A DNA stretch of 63,517 bases, the filler included, from Bdellovibrionota bacterium (GTDB lineage: Bacteria; Bdellovibrionota; Bdellovibrionia; Bdellovibrionales; JAEYZS01), in NCBI GenBank assembly GCA_963169515.1. It is 7 parts of 7 records of this genome, joined end to end, with 100 filler letters (N's around TTAATTAATTAA, not from the genome) between each part and the next. Parts side by side here need not be neighbours in the genome. Positions count along the whole stretch, not along the records: positions 29,866 to 33,104 come from CAUJEF010000002.1; positions 33,205 to 36,580 come from CAUJEF010000004.1; positions 36,681 to 44,009 come from CAUJEF010000005.1; 4 more parts are not named here. One strand, written 5' to 3'. Below, in pieces: positions 30,362 to 40,351 of this stretch; position 1 is the first letter of the stretch; each line of letters starts with the position of its first letter. The notes below the pieces were generated by a model that saw only the letters and a list, made by a program, of their open reading frames with translations, did not search any database and was not told where the DNA came from. Made by a program: the position numbers and the translations under genes.

Positions 30362-31459
30362 TTGGAAACTAAGAATCTCATATCCGAAGTATTCAACCAG
30401 CCGACTGCCCCGTTTAAAGAACTTCACGTTCTAAAAAAGCTCGAAGAAATTTTAAGAAAACAAAAAATTCCTTACTTCATCGACCCCAGTGGAAATATTG
30501 TGGCCGGCGTTTCATCCAAAAAGACATTGTGGAAAAAACCGTACTTTGTTTTTATCGCACACACGGATCATCCTGGATTTCATATTGTAAAATCTGAAAA
30601 GAAAAACATATACAAAGCGCTCTGGTATGGTGGTGCTCCCTTTAAGCAAATGAAGGGAAAACGTGTCCGCGTTTACAATGCTAAAAATACCAAGTCTCGC
30701 ACAGGTACAATACTTAATATTGATGCGTCTATTTACAAACGCACTGGCATGGATATGGCAATAAAAATTCCTGGCGCGCCTGTTGAAATTGGATCCTTTG
30801 GTTCATTTTTTTCTCCCGCCTGCCAGTTTAGCGGCAACAAGGTTATCACCCGATGTGCCGATGACCTTGCTGGCTGTGTTATGGCGTTGGGCGCGCTGAT
30901 CGACATAAAAAAGCAAAAGCTCCCTGTTATTGCTATATTTACTCGCGCCGAAGAAGTGGGTTTTGTGGGCTGCATCGGGCTACTAAAAAGCAAAGTTCTG
31001 AATTCCAAATATGCTCGAGTAATTTCGCTTGAAGCTTCAAAAGCCTTGCCTGGTGCTGAGATCCATAAAGGTCCTGTCGTTCGCTTGGGTGATGCGTCCA
31101 CCATTTTTAATGCACGCATGAATCGATTTGTAACCTTGTCGGCGCAAAATCTGACAAAAAAAGATAATTCCTTTAAATACCAACGTCGCATTATGGACGG
31201 TGGATCCTGCGAGGCTACGGCCTTTGATTTATATGGTTTTAAAACTATGGGAATCTCTGTGCCGCTCGTGAATTATCACAATCAGGGTAAAAAAGGTCCT
31301 GCCCCCGAAATTATCTCTGTATTGGATGTCGAAAATGGCCGAAAACTCTTAGTGGAAATTGCAAAAACACATAAAACATTCGAAAATGCGACTCGGGCCG
31401 CGTACGATCGCTTAGAAGCCCAATTCAATGCCTTAAAAGGAAACCTGAGGGCTTTGTGA
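30362..31459 (+). CDS. M42/M20/M28-clan metallopeptidase
   Basis: AHTDH, ADD, AEEVG and NYH ligand motifs. Confidence 0.85.
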   Translation: METKNLISEVFNQPTAPFKELHVLKKLEEILRKQKIPYFIDPSGNIVAGVSSKKTLWKKPYFVFIAHTDHPGFHIVKSEKKNIYKALWYGGAPFKQMKGKRVRVYNAKNTKSRTGTILNIDASIYKRTGMDMAIKIPGAPVEIGSFGSFFSPACQFSGNKVITRCADDLAGCVMALGALIDIKKQKLPVIAIFTRAEEVGFVGCIGLLKSKVLNSKYARVISLEASKALPGAEIHKGPVVRLGDASTIFNARMNRFVTLSAQNLTKKDNSFKYQRRIMDGGSCEATAFDLYGFKTMGISVPLVNYHNQGKKGPAPEIISVLDVENGRKLLVEIAKTHKTFENATRAAYDRLEAQFNALKGNLRAL

Positions 31460-32376
31460 AACTAAATCCTATTTCAAAAGATTTCTTCTTTACCAAACAT
31501 GACCCCGCAGATCCACGTATTGGTGATATGGCCAAAGTTGGAAACCTAGAAACCTTACAAGCAAACGATTTTGCAGTTCTGGGATACCCCGACGATGAGG
31601 GGATAAAGCTTAACGGCGGTCGTGTTGGGGCAGCCGAAGCACCCGACGCCATTCGGAAATGTTTCTATAAAATGACGCCAGGATTGCTGTCAAACGTAAC
31701 CGTATCCATAAAAGACCTGGGGAACATTTCTGCTGAAACAATTTCCGATCGCCACACATTTGCCCAAGAAACTGTAAGCAAAATTTTAGCCAAAAATGTG
31801 AATTTGATCACACTGGGAGGGGGACATGATTATGGGTATCCCGACGGGGCTGCATTTTTGAAAAATTCAGTTAACCCGCTTATTATCAATTTTGACGCAC
31901 ATTTAGATGTAAGACCTTATACAAACGTTCCCCACAGCGGGACTCCATTTAGCAGGCTGCTCACCGATTTCAAATTTGACTTTGCAGAAGTGGGTATACA
32001 GTCTCACTGTAATTCGAAAGAACACTTGAATTGGGCCAAACGGCATGGGGCAAAGGTTCTAACCTGGGATGAAATCATGTTCAGCGATGACGATATGGCC
32101 GTTTCGATTTTAAGATTTTTAGAGCCAATGACCTCAATACGAAGAGATGTATTTATCAGCGTGGACATCGACGGTTTTTCATCTAATTACGCAATGGGCT
32201 GTAGCGCCCCCAACCCATTGGGTTTTGATCCCACAAATTTCTTCAAAATTTTCAAAGTCTTATGCAAACAACTGAACGTGAAGCTTGTAGGTATTTACGA
32301 GACCTCTCCCCCCCTGGATTTTAGTTTCCTGACATCAAAGTTAGCCGCCCAAATCATCCACCGAAGGATGTTCTAA
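31456..32376 (+). CDS. hutG: Formimidoylglutamase (arginase family)
   Basis: NGGRVGA, GGGHD, DAHLD, HSGTPF and DID. Confidence 0.88.
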   Translation: MKLNPISKDFFFTKHDPADPRIGDMAKVGNLETLQANDFAVLGYPDDEGIKLNGGRVGAAEAPDAIRKCFYKMTPGLLSNVTVSIKDLGNISAETISDRHTFAQETVSKILAKNVNLITLGGGHDYGYPDGAAFLKNSVNPLIINFDAHLDVRPYTNVPHSGTPFSRLLTDFKFDFAEVGIQSHCNSKEHLNWAKRHGAKVLTWDEIMFSDDDMAVSILRFLEPMTSIRRDVFISVDIDGFSSNYAMGCSAPNPLGFDPTNFFKIFKVLCKQLNVKLVGIYETSPPLDFSFLTSKLAAQIIHRRMF

Positions 32377-32495
32377 CAAAATGTGTCCGGCCCACGGACT
32401 TGGTTTAGGCCTATAAAATGAGCATACTTTTTAGCTTGAAATGAGATCTTTTAAACGGTTATATCATTAGTTCGTATAACCATTATACCTTGAGT

Positions 32496-32572
32496 GGAGC
32501 GGTAGTTAAGTTGGTTATAACGCTCGCCTGTCACGCGAGAGGCCGCGGGTTCGAGTCCCGTCCGCTCCGCCA
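32496..32572 (+). tRNA. tRNA-Asp(GTC)
   Basis: 77-nt cloverleaf; CTGTCAC anticodon loop; GGTTCGAGT; CCA end. Confidence 0.98.
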
Positions 32573-32903
32573 ATTTTCTAAATCAGTGATTCCAACGAAC
32601 AGGTTTTTCACCAAATGTGGTTCTTCACCAAATGTAGGGGCAGCAGCCTCTGTTAGCCACAATATGCTTTCACTCTGATCCTGTAGTTTTCAAAGTTATG
32701 CATACCGTAAGCTCTGTTTTGTATCTCATCCATTCTTCGATGAAAACCTTCAGTTATTGAATTGGTTTTGCTAAATCTCCACATTCGAACGATGGGGTCG
32801 TGCTTTCAGACTGCTACAATGATGCCACACCCTGATGATCCTTGTGCTAACTAAAATACCTATATTTGATTTTTTCAGCCTCAAGATTTTGAGGCTGAAT
32901 TAG

Positions 32904-32951
32904 GGTTCTACGGTTCTACGGTTCTACGGTTCTACGGTTCTACGGTTCTAC
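32904..32951. repeat. Tandem repeat (GGTTCTAC)x6
   Basis: Six perfect 8-bp units. Confidence 0.97.
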
Positions 32952-33104
32952 TCGGTCGATGGTGGAAGTGCATCCAAAATCCCAAACATCTTAAATATTT
33001 AGCAAACGAAGTCTATAGTTAGTAAAACTTCGAACTCCAAAAGATGAGTATTGCTCACCCTTTGCAAGCCGGTTGTATCCTTCAGTTTTTGCATTCGTCA
33101 ATCC

Positions 33105-33204
33105 NNNNNNNNNNNNNNNNNNNNNNNNNNNNNNNNNNNNNNNNNNNNTTAATTAATTAANNNNNNNNNNNNNNNNNNNNNNNNNNNNNNNNNNNNNNNN
33201 NNNN
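33105..33204. other. Artificial contig linker
   Basis: Same N44-TTAATTAATTAA-N44 pattern. Confidence 0.99.
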
Positions 33205-33296
33205 ATTCGTTCGATTTGTTGGTTCGTCATCTTCATTGTGGACCCCTTAAGTTCAAAGAACTTTTGATGTTTTGACTAAATTAGGCAAACTTAATA

Positions 33297-35597
33297 TTGT
33301 CAAGTGAGATGAACTCGTTAGGCCCGATATCCAAAAAGCGTCAGATAATATACTTGGTTCTGACGCTTATCATTATACCAACGGCACTCTTTGCACAGTG
33401 GCTTTATCGACTGAATGATTCCATCGATCAACAGCTGTTGAAAAAACAATTCACTCCTTCGATAGAACTCTTATCCGCGCCCGAAAAGTTTTTTAAGGAC
33501 CAAACCCTCACAGAACAACGCTTGTGGAACGCATTTAATATTCGCCGTTACCGTGAACGTAAGCCGGGCGAAACTGTTTTAACAAAAGATTTTGCAAAGT
33601 TAAACAAGGACCAATGCGAACAGAAAATTTCAAATCATTTTACCAATGAAATAGAGTCATGCGCTGAGTTTCGAAATACGGCTGGCGAATGGTTCCTGAT
33701 CGCGCTAACAAGCTCTTTCAAAATTTTCGATGTGTTCGGCGGCTCACCGCCGGAATCTGTGACACTCACGGAGCTCGAGCCAATGATATTCGCTCAGTAC
33801 TATGGGAGCGACCCGATCTTGAGAACCATTGTTGAATTGGGCGACACCCCACCGTTGTGCTTGAATGCTTTGCTTGCAATCGAAGACTCTACATTTCTAG
33901 AACACGGTGGTGTTAACATTAAATCCATCGGTCGCGCTTTTTTAAAAAATATTACAGCCGGGCGAGTCGTCCAGGGTGGCAGTACGATCACTCAACAGTT
34001 GGTAAAAAACTATTTTCTTTCTCATGAACGCACATTTGTAAGAAAGTTCAAAGAACTTTTTATGGCAATCCTTTTGGAAACGAAAAAAACAAAGGATTCC
34101 ATTCTTGAAGCATATATTAATGAAATTTACATGGGACAAAATGGGCCGTTTCAAATTCATGGCTTCAGTTCCGCTGCCGAGTTTTACTTTGGAAAAAAGT
34201 TAACTGATCTTAATTTGCCTGAATGTGCCTTAACAGCCGCAATTGTAAATGGGCCCGGAGTCTTTTCTCCATTTTTGAACCCGCAGAAAGCAACGGATCG
34301 CCGCAAGCTAGTTTTAGAAAAAATGGTTGAACAGAACATTATTTCCCAACAGGATATGGCGGTGGCACTGCTGGAACCTCTTCCAACTGCGCCACAAAAA
34401 CTTCTTTCTGAACCGGCTCCATTTTTTGTCGATGCCGTTATGAAAAAAGTGGTCGAAATGGGGTTTGATTTAAAGCAGGGCTTGAAAATTGAAACCACAT
34501 TGGATTTACAAGCGCAAGAGGCCGCGCAAAAAAGCGTTCGCGAAGGCATCGACAGCTTAGAAAAGTCGTACAAGTCACTTCAACAACTTAAAGAGCAGGG
34601 AAAAAATCTTGAAGCCTTGTTAGTATCTGCAAATCCAACCAATGGATACATTCAGGCAATCGTCGGCGGAAGGAATTTTAAAAAATCACAGTTTAACAGG
34701 GCAATCCAAAGCAGGCGTCAGGTTGGTTCAGTTATGAAACCGTTTGTTTACCTTACAGCCATAGAGGCAAAAGATGCGAATGGAAATCCATATACGCCAC
34801 TATCACTAGTGGATGATTCAAAGTTTACAACCGAATACGACAAGCAGTCCTGGTCGCCGGATAATTTTGAAAATAAGTACTTTGGCGTAGTGCCGCTTTA
34901 TTTTGCGTTGGCAAAATCGTTAAATTGCGCTACGGCACGTCTTGGCATTGAAATTGGATTAAAAAATATTGTGACCACGGCAATGGATTTTGGAATCACA
35001 TCTGATATTAAACCATTCCCCGCGATGACCTTGGGTGCATTCGAACTGTCACCCCTTGAGGTGCTTGAAAGCTACAATGCGTTTGCACGATTGGGTGAAC
35101 ACATCCCGCTTACGATGATTCGAAATATTAAATCTATAAATGATGATCTGCTGTATGAACACACTATTGAGCGGGAACAAGTATTCGATAGCGCAGATGT
35201 TGCTGTGCTTGTCGGTATGTTAAAAAATAATATGATCAATGGGAGCGGAAGCGGCGCCACGCTGATGGGATTTACTCATCCCTCTGGCGGGAAAACGGGA
35301 ACGACAAACGATAAAAAAGACGCTTGGTTTGCTGGTTTTACCCCACTCCATACCGCAGTTGTTTGGGTTGGATACGATGACAATACATCACATGGTTTGA
35401 CCGGAGCCCAGGGAGCAGTCCCCATTTGGACGAATTACATGAAACAAACAGCCGCAACATATCCACCGTTAGATTTTCGTTGGCCAGAAAATGTAACTGT
35501 TCGGACTGTAGATGTCGAAACGCAAAAATCTTTGAATGTACCGGAAAAACCGGATCGGCCCCTTTCTGACATACAATTAGTGTTTAAAAATGATTAA
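33297..35597 (+). CDS. mrcB: Class A penicillin-binding protein (PBP1b-like)
   Basis: N-terminal TM; ED..F..H.G and GGSTITQQL (transglycosylase); SVMK, SLN and KTG (transpeptidase). Confidence 0.9.
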   Translation: MSSEMNSLGPISKKRQIIYLVLTLIIIPTALFAQWLYRLNDSIDQQLLKKQFTPSIELLSAPEKFFKDQTLTEQRLWNAFNIRRYRERKPGETVLTKDFAKLNKDQCEQKISNHFTNEIESCAEFRNTAGEWFLIALTSSFKIFDVFGGSPPESVTLTELEPMIFAQYYGSDPILRTIVELGDTPPLCLNALLAIEDSTFLEHGGVNIKSIGRAFLKNITAGRVVQGGSTITQQLVKNYFLSHERTFVRKFKELFMAILLETKKTKDSILEAYINEIYMGQNGPFQIHGFSSAAEFYFGKKLTDLNLPECALTAAIVNGPGVFSPFLNPQKATDRRKLVLEKMVEQNIISQQDMAVALLEPLPTAPQKLLSEPAPFFVDAVMKKVVEMGFDLKQGLKIETTLDLQAQEAAQKSVREGIDSLEKSYKSLQQLKEQGKNLEALLVSANPTNGYIQAIVGGRNFKKSQFNRAIQSRRQVGSVMKPFVYLTAIEAKDANGNPYTPLSLVDDSKFTTEYDKQSWSPDNFENKYFGVVPLYFALAKSLNCATARLGIEIGLKNIVTTAMDFGITSDIKPFPAMTLGAFELSPLEVLESYNAFARLGEHIPLTMIRNIKSINDDLLYEHTIEREQVFDSADVAVLVGMLKNNMINGSGSGATLMGFTHPSGGKTGTTNDKKDAWFAGFTPLHTAVVWVGYDDNTSHGLTGAQGAVPIWTNYMKQTAATYPPLDFRWPENVTVRTVDVETQKSLNVPEKPDRPLSDIQLVFKND

Positions 35598-36580
35598 AAT
35601 AGTTTGACTAAAGCTGCACGTATTTTTAATCCGGTAAGCGCTTCAATGAAAAACCAATTTCCTGGTCTGTTCATTTCAAGAAAGTAAAACTTCCCGTTTT
35701 TCCCTTTGATTAAATCAAAACTGGCAAAGGCAAACCCCTGGGCCTTCATAAATCGCTTCAATCGTGCTTGAATTTTTTCAGACAGATTGAATTTTACAAA
35801 TGGTGTCCGGCCTTCGTGTCCCCGCCAATCAAGGCCATCATTTATCAAAATTTTAGCAGCAAATATGGCATCCCCAAGGACTACCGCACGCACTTCAAAT
35901 TCCTTTTCAATATATTCTTGGAATACACAAGGAGCATTTTCAACCAAGCCCAAGTCGCGATCATGTGGACCAACCATTGAAATTTCAAGATGTCTAAAGT
36001 TATTTTTTCTATCAAGGAAGACTCGACGTCCAAATTCACGCAATATAACTTGGCCGTATCGGTTCATAAAACGGCGAACATCTTCGGCTGAGGATGTAAT
36101 AATCGTCGCAGGAACATCAAAGCCGAGCGTTTTTGCCAACTTCAGGTCGGCCATTTTTTTCTGCGATAAGCACATCAATTTGGACGGCGTTGCGGGGAAC
36201 CACTTTGCCTGGGTTAAAATTCCTTCAAGATTCAGCAAAGGCTCTGCCCATCTATTGATGAATAGCTTTTCCGAGAAACTAAAGTAGCTTGACGTGTCCA
36301 ATTGAGACTCTACAACGTCGGGTGGATAAAAAAATATGGATTTGGCCATCGACAAATCAACCGATGTCTTGCCGTATTTTAAAAAATACAGATTTTTCTT
36401 AAGATCAAAGCGCAAGCTCCCCTTTAAAATGAAATGATCCCAGCAAATAAAAACAAACGGCTTTTTTTGCTCACGAAGTGTTTTAAGCAGGGCTCCTGTT
36501 TGAACATCCTTATGGGAAATGACAAGCGTATAACCATGACGAATCTTTTTGGGAAAAAAAACTTCGAATTCTTTTTTTAT
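35594..36580 (-). CDS. MvdC/RimK-type ATP-grasp ligase, 5'-truncated
   Basis: VPATIIT, PCVFQEYIEK.FEVR, DWR and FLEMN; frame open to the contig end. Confidence 0.8.
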   Translation of the reverse strand: MKKEFEVFFPKKIRHGYTLVISHKDVQTGALLKTLREQKKPFVFICWDHFILKGSLRFDLKKNLYFLKYGKTSVDLSMAKSIFFYPPDVVESQLDTSSYFSFSEKLFINRWAEPLLNLEGILTQAKWFPATPSKLMCLSQKKMADLKLAKTLGFDVPATIITSSAEDVRRFMNRYGQVILREFGRRVFLDRKNNFRHLEISMVGPHDRDLGLVENAPCVFQEYIEKEFEVRAVVLGDAIFAAKILINDGLDWRGHEGRTPFVKFNLSEKIQARLKRFMKAQGFAFASFDLIKGKNGKFYFLEMNRPGNWFFIEALTGLKIRAALVKLF

Positions 36581-36680
36581 NNNNNNNNNNNNNNNNNNNN
36601 NNNNNNNNNNNNNNNNNNNNNNNNTTAATTAATTAANNNNNNNNNNNNNNNNNNNNNNNNNNNNNNNNNNNNNNNNNNNN
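36581..36680. other. Artificial contig linker
   Basis: Same pattern. Confidence 0.99.
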
Positions 36681-36912
36681 ATTGACTTGCGGTTGTAAGT
36701 ATCAACCCAACCTCTCCTCCCCAATTAAATGTGGGCCAATCTGAAAAGATATTTCCGGTTCCGGATGAGTTTTCGTAAGCGTCATTTCCAGCATTTGTAA
36801 GCCCATAGCTTCCTTTAAAATAAGTTCCAAATGTGTACTGCCCGAAATCGAAAACTCGAGCATGGGCTGGGTGTGTTAAAAAAAACAGTAGTAGAATTTT
36901 CCACATCGTCAT
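36681..36912 (-). CDS. Exported, probably beta-barrel protein, 3'-truncated
   Basis: Signal peptide ending AHA; alternating aromatic/Gly residues. Confidence 0.6.
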
Positions 36913-36942
36913 ATTAAATCAAAAAATCGACGTCAGAGCTAC

Positions 36943-38928
36943 CTACCTTTTGTTGGAAGGCGCCCTGCGTTTTTCTAGCTTCATTATAATATTAGTAACT
37001 GCATCTGGAACTGGCTGAATGACCTCTTCTGTGTAGGAGTTTCCGTCGGCACCGTAAACCTGTATTGTCACTGGGGCTCCGGCTTGGACGGGATATTTTT
37101 TTAATAAGTCTGGCACTTCAACTTTAACTTTATTGACATAAACAGTGCCTTTGCCAACAACTTGAATATTCAGATAACCAAGTTTAAGAGGGGACATAGC
37201 CACTCGGTATTCGCCTCCGGGCTGGCTTACGCTATGGTCTTTCACGCTGGGTGCATAGCCGTCTTTGCGGAGCTGAATTTGAAAGCTTCGATTTGCCGGA
37301 ACTCGAATTTGCCCTGGGGTGTAGAGCTCCTGAAACTTTCCATCAATATAGATCGCGGCTCCCGTAGGAGTGCTCGTGACAAGAAGCGAGTAGTATGGAA
37401 TGTTTTCGCGGTCTTTGTTTCCCTTGCTGCCCAGCAGTTTTTCACCTGTATCTGTATCAGATGCAAATTTGCCAATTAAGGCATAATATTTTGTTTTCGC
37501 CTGTGGCCAGTACTCAGAGTGATAGAATTTGTACCCTAAAAAGACAAAAGCACCCAATACGAGAAGTGTAAGCATACGAGAAGGTGGATCAGGTTTAAAA
37601 TGAATGTCTGTACTGTAGCTCTTGCTGTTTGTGGATGTCTGGTGCATAGGGGGATAGTTATCGTACGTGGTCATACTGGCTTGTGAAGACGCGCGCGTCT
37701 GTGCCTTTACCCGTTGTTTGGTTGACTTGATAACAAGATCCTCGCGGTCAAAATCAAGATTTAATTTTTCAGGTGGTTTTGTCTTTGTTAGTTTCGCGCT
37801 GAACGATCCTGTTTTCGAGCCCGTTTGCGCTGACGGCGCCGATGAAATTGATGGATCTGAATTTGGAACTTTTTGCGGTGCGCTCGGTTCCGTTTGGGTA
37901 TTTGTGATGTCGGCGACGAAGTCGGTTTTGTCCTCTTTTCCTATAGAGGTCATTTTAATTTTCGAGTATTCGACAAATTTTTTACGATTATCTTCTCGTT
38001 CTTTTTGGAATACCTTTTTTAAAAGCTTGCTTAAGTCTTGCCCTGAAAATTCCGGATATTGTTTATTTAAGAAAATGCTTAAGTCCTTATACATATCTTC
38101 GCCGGATTGATAGCGAAGTGTGCGATCGCGAGTGAGAGCCTTGTTTGTGATTCGTTCCAATTCTGCTGAAACATTCGGATCAATTTTTCGTAGCGATGGA
38201 ATTTGGCAATCACGAATTTTTCTTAAGGTATTCATTTCATTATTTGCAACAAATAGGCGGTCGTTTGCTAGAAGTTCCCAGAGGACGATGCCAAGGGAAA
38301 AAATATCAGTTCTGAAATCAACCTCTTGGCCCTCGGCTTGTTCAGGGCTCATGTATCCGAATTTTCCTTTCAGAGTTCCTGCGCGCGTTGTTTCGATTTT
38401 GCTTTCGGCCTTGGCAATACCGAAATCAACGATTTTAACCTCGCCCTCAAAGCTTAACATAACATTTTGAGGACTGATGTCGCGATGGACGATGTTGAGC
38501 GGCGCCCCTGTGTTTCCATCGACGCAACGATGAGCGTGATCAAGCCCGCGGGCGGCTTCTTTGATGATGTAAACTATCATCGGAATTGAAAGTTGCGCTT
38601 CACGTTTTTTAAAGTAATTTAAAATTTGGCGGAGGTTTCGGCCTTCGACATATTCCATTGCGAGGAAAAATTGACGGGCCTCTTCGCCAAACTCAAATAT
38701 AGGAACAATATTCGCGTGAGAAAGTTGGATCGCAATCTTTGCTTCTTCTTTGAACATTTCCACGAATTCATAGTTTTGTGAAAATTGAGGTAAAATCTTT
38801 TTAATAGCTAAGAACTTTGAAACATTTTCCGCACCAATAGATTTGGCTAGATAAATTTCGGCCATACCGCCGGAGGCGATTTTTTCTAAAAGAATGTATT
38901 TACCAAACACTTCTGGTTTGTCAGACAC
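36943..38928 (-). CDS. Membrane Ser/Thr protein kinase with a periplasmic PEGA-like domain
   Basis: GGMAE, HRDISPQN, DFG, YMSPE; TM helix; TSTPTGAAIYIDG. Confidence 0.95.
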   Translation of the reverse strand: MSDKPEVFGKYILLEKIASGGMAEIYLAKSIGAENVSKFLAIKKILPQFSQNYEFVEMFKEEAKIAIQLSHANIVPIFEFGEEARQFFLAMEYVEGRNLRQILNYFKKREAQLSIPMIVYIIKEAARGLDHAHRCVDGNTGAPLNIVHRDISPQNVMLSFEGEVKIVDFGIAKAESKIETTRAGTLKGKFGYMSPEQAEGQEVDFRTDIFSLGIVLWELLANDRLFVANNEMNTLRKIRDCQIPSLRKIDPNVSAELERITNKALTRDRTLRYQSGEDMYKDLSIFLNKQYPEFSGQDLSKLLKKVFQKEREDNRKKFVEYSKIKMTSIGKEDKTDFVADITNTQTEPSAPQKVPNSDPSISSAPSAQTGSKTGSFSAKLTKTKPPEKLNLDFDREDLVIKSTKQRVKAQTRASSQASMTTYDNYPPMHQTSTNSKSYSTDIHFKPDPPSRMLTLLVLGAFVFLGYKFYHSEYWPQAKTKYYALIGKFASDTDTGEKLLGSKGNKDRENIPYYSLLVTSTPTGAAIYIDGKFQELYTPGQIRVPANRSFQIQLRKDGYAPSVKDHSVSQPGGEYRVAMSPLKLGYLNIQVVGKGTVYVNKVKVEVPDLLKKYPVQAGAPVTIQVYGADGNSYTEEVIQPVPDAVTNIIMKLEKRRAPSNKR

Positions 38929-39034
38929 TTAGAGTCTCCTGTATTCTAAATCGGTAAAAAACAGGTAAGTTTTTAAAAACAATTGTGTTTTTTTACATTT
39001 TTATAAGAACTTTAGGCTCTAAATTGAGGCACAT

Positions 39035-39628
39035 ATGATGTGGATTGGGTTAACCGGTGGAATAGCTACAGGAAAGAGTACGGTCGCTAGACTTTTGAAG
39101 GGTCTAGGTCACCCAGTTATTGATGCCGACATTATTGCCCACACGGCCTTGGTCCAGGGATCGCCTGTCCATGACAAGATTGTACATGTTTTTGGAAGTG
39201 AGATTTTGAATGGAACAACGATCGATAGGACAAAATTAGGTCGCATTGTTTTTCGGGACAAGAAGAAGTTGAATCAATTAGAAGAAATTGTTCACCCTTA
39301 CGTGCAAGAACAAGTCAGGCATCAGCGCCAAAGATTATCAGGAAAAAAATATGTTTGGGCGTTTTATGATGTCCCATTGCTTTTTGAAAAAAACTTAGAA
39401 GATCAATTTGATGCTATCATCGTTGTCGCAGCGTCTAAAGAGATGCAAATAGAGCGTCTTCAAAGGCGTAGCCATCTTGGCGATCAAGAAATTCAAGACC
39501 GACTAAAAAGTCAGATCCCAATAGAGGAAAAAGTCAAAAAGACAAAATTTGTCCTTTGGAATAACGATAGCGAAAAAACATTGGAGTCCGATCTAAAAGC
39601 ATTACTAACTCAATTACCAAGGCCATGA
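39035..39628 (+). CDS. coaE: Dephospho-CoA kinase
   Basis: GLTGGIATGKST, DAD and DVPLLFE. Confidence 0.96.
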   Translation: MMWIGLTGGIATGKSTVARLLKGLGHPVIDADIIAHTALVQGSPVHDKIVHVFGSEILNGTTIDRTKLGRIVFRDKKKLNQLEEIVHPYVQEQVRHQRQRLSGKKYVWAFYDVPLLFEKNLEDQFDAIIVVAASKEMQIERLQRRSHLGDQEIQDRLKSQIPIEEKVKKTKFVLWNNDSEKTLESDLKALLTQLPRP

Positions 39629-40261
39629 ATAACCGAGTGTGCACAGCCCGGTGACTTCGTCGGCGCCTATTTGTAGCTCGATATCAAAGCGAATGCTTGC
39701 AGGATCAATAGTAAGGAGTTCCCAACCCGCCGTGCCGCGGAGGGAATAGCTCTTGTAGTCAACCAGGGATTCTAATTCGTCAGCTCGATCCCAGCGTTGT
39801 GCAATTCCAACTTTAAAAAAGGGTCGAAATTTTTCTGTTTGGGTGGAAACCCACTTCAAACTTGCGTGTAAAAATGCTCTGGATTCCGAAGCAATATCCA
39901 CCCCAATCTCCCAGTGACGGTGGGTCATGCTGGTCATCATATATTGAATGCCGAAAAGATAAAAAAGCGCCTCGTCATTATCTGGTGGATCAGACGGCAC
40001 TGTTGCAAAGTATCCAACGCCCAGTCGCGCTGACAAGGATTGAGTATATGGAAAATAAACTTTTGAACCGCGTGTTTCGGTATTTTCTTGTTTTGGCGTC
40101 ACGGAAAGTGTGGATAGGTCTTTTTCTGCTTTTCGTTTTCCAGATTCGTCGGGAGTGCTTGTTGCACTGTTGTTTGTTTCAGGCGAGGGTTCATGAGGTG
40201 CTGAAAATACAGTCGACATGACAAAGGTCGAGAGCAAGATAATCAATGCATGCCGTACCAC
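39614..40261 (-). CDS. Small outer-membrane beta-barrel-like protein
   Basis: AAGGAGG RBS; signal peptide; amphipathic strands; aromatic C-terminus YSWPW. Confidence 0.7.
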   Translation of the reverse strand: MVRHALIILLSTFVMSTVFSAPHEPSPETNNSATSTPDESGKRKAEKDLSTLSVTPKQENTETRGSKVYFPYTQSLSARLGVGYFATVPSDPPDNDEALFYLFGIQYMMTSMTHRHWEIGVDIASESRAFLHASLKWVSTQTEKFRPFFKVGIAQRWDRADELESLVDYKSYSLRGTAGWELLTIDPASIRFDIELQIGADEVTGLCTLGYSWPW

Positions 40262-40351
40262 GTTGCCTCCTTAAATAAAATAATCATACAACATGGCCCA
40301 TCTCTTAAGGTAGAATTTCTTTTATCGAACAAGAAAAATTTTGGAGGAAAA

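Noticed and set aside
32490..32678. 62-aa ORF
   Set aside because: Overlaps tRNA-Asp and has no protein features.
32904..32951. CRISPR array
   Set aside because: Contiguous 8-bp units without spacers. No repeat-spacer structure or cas genes anywhere in the window.
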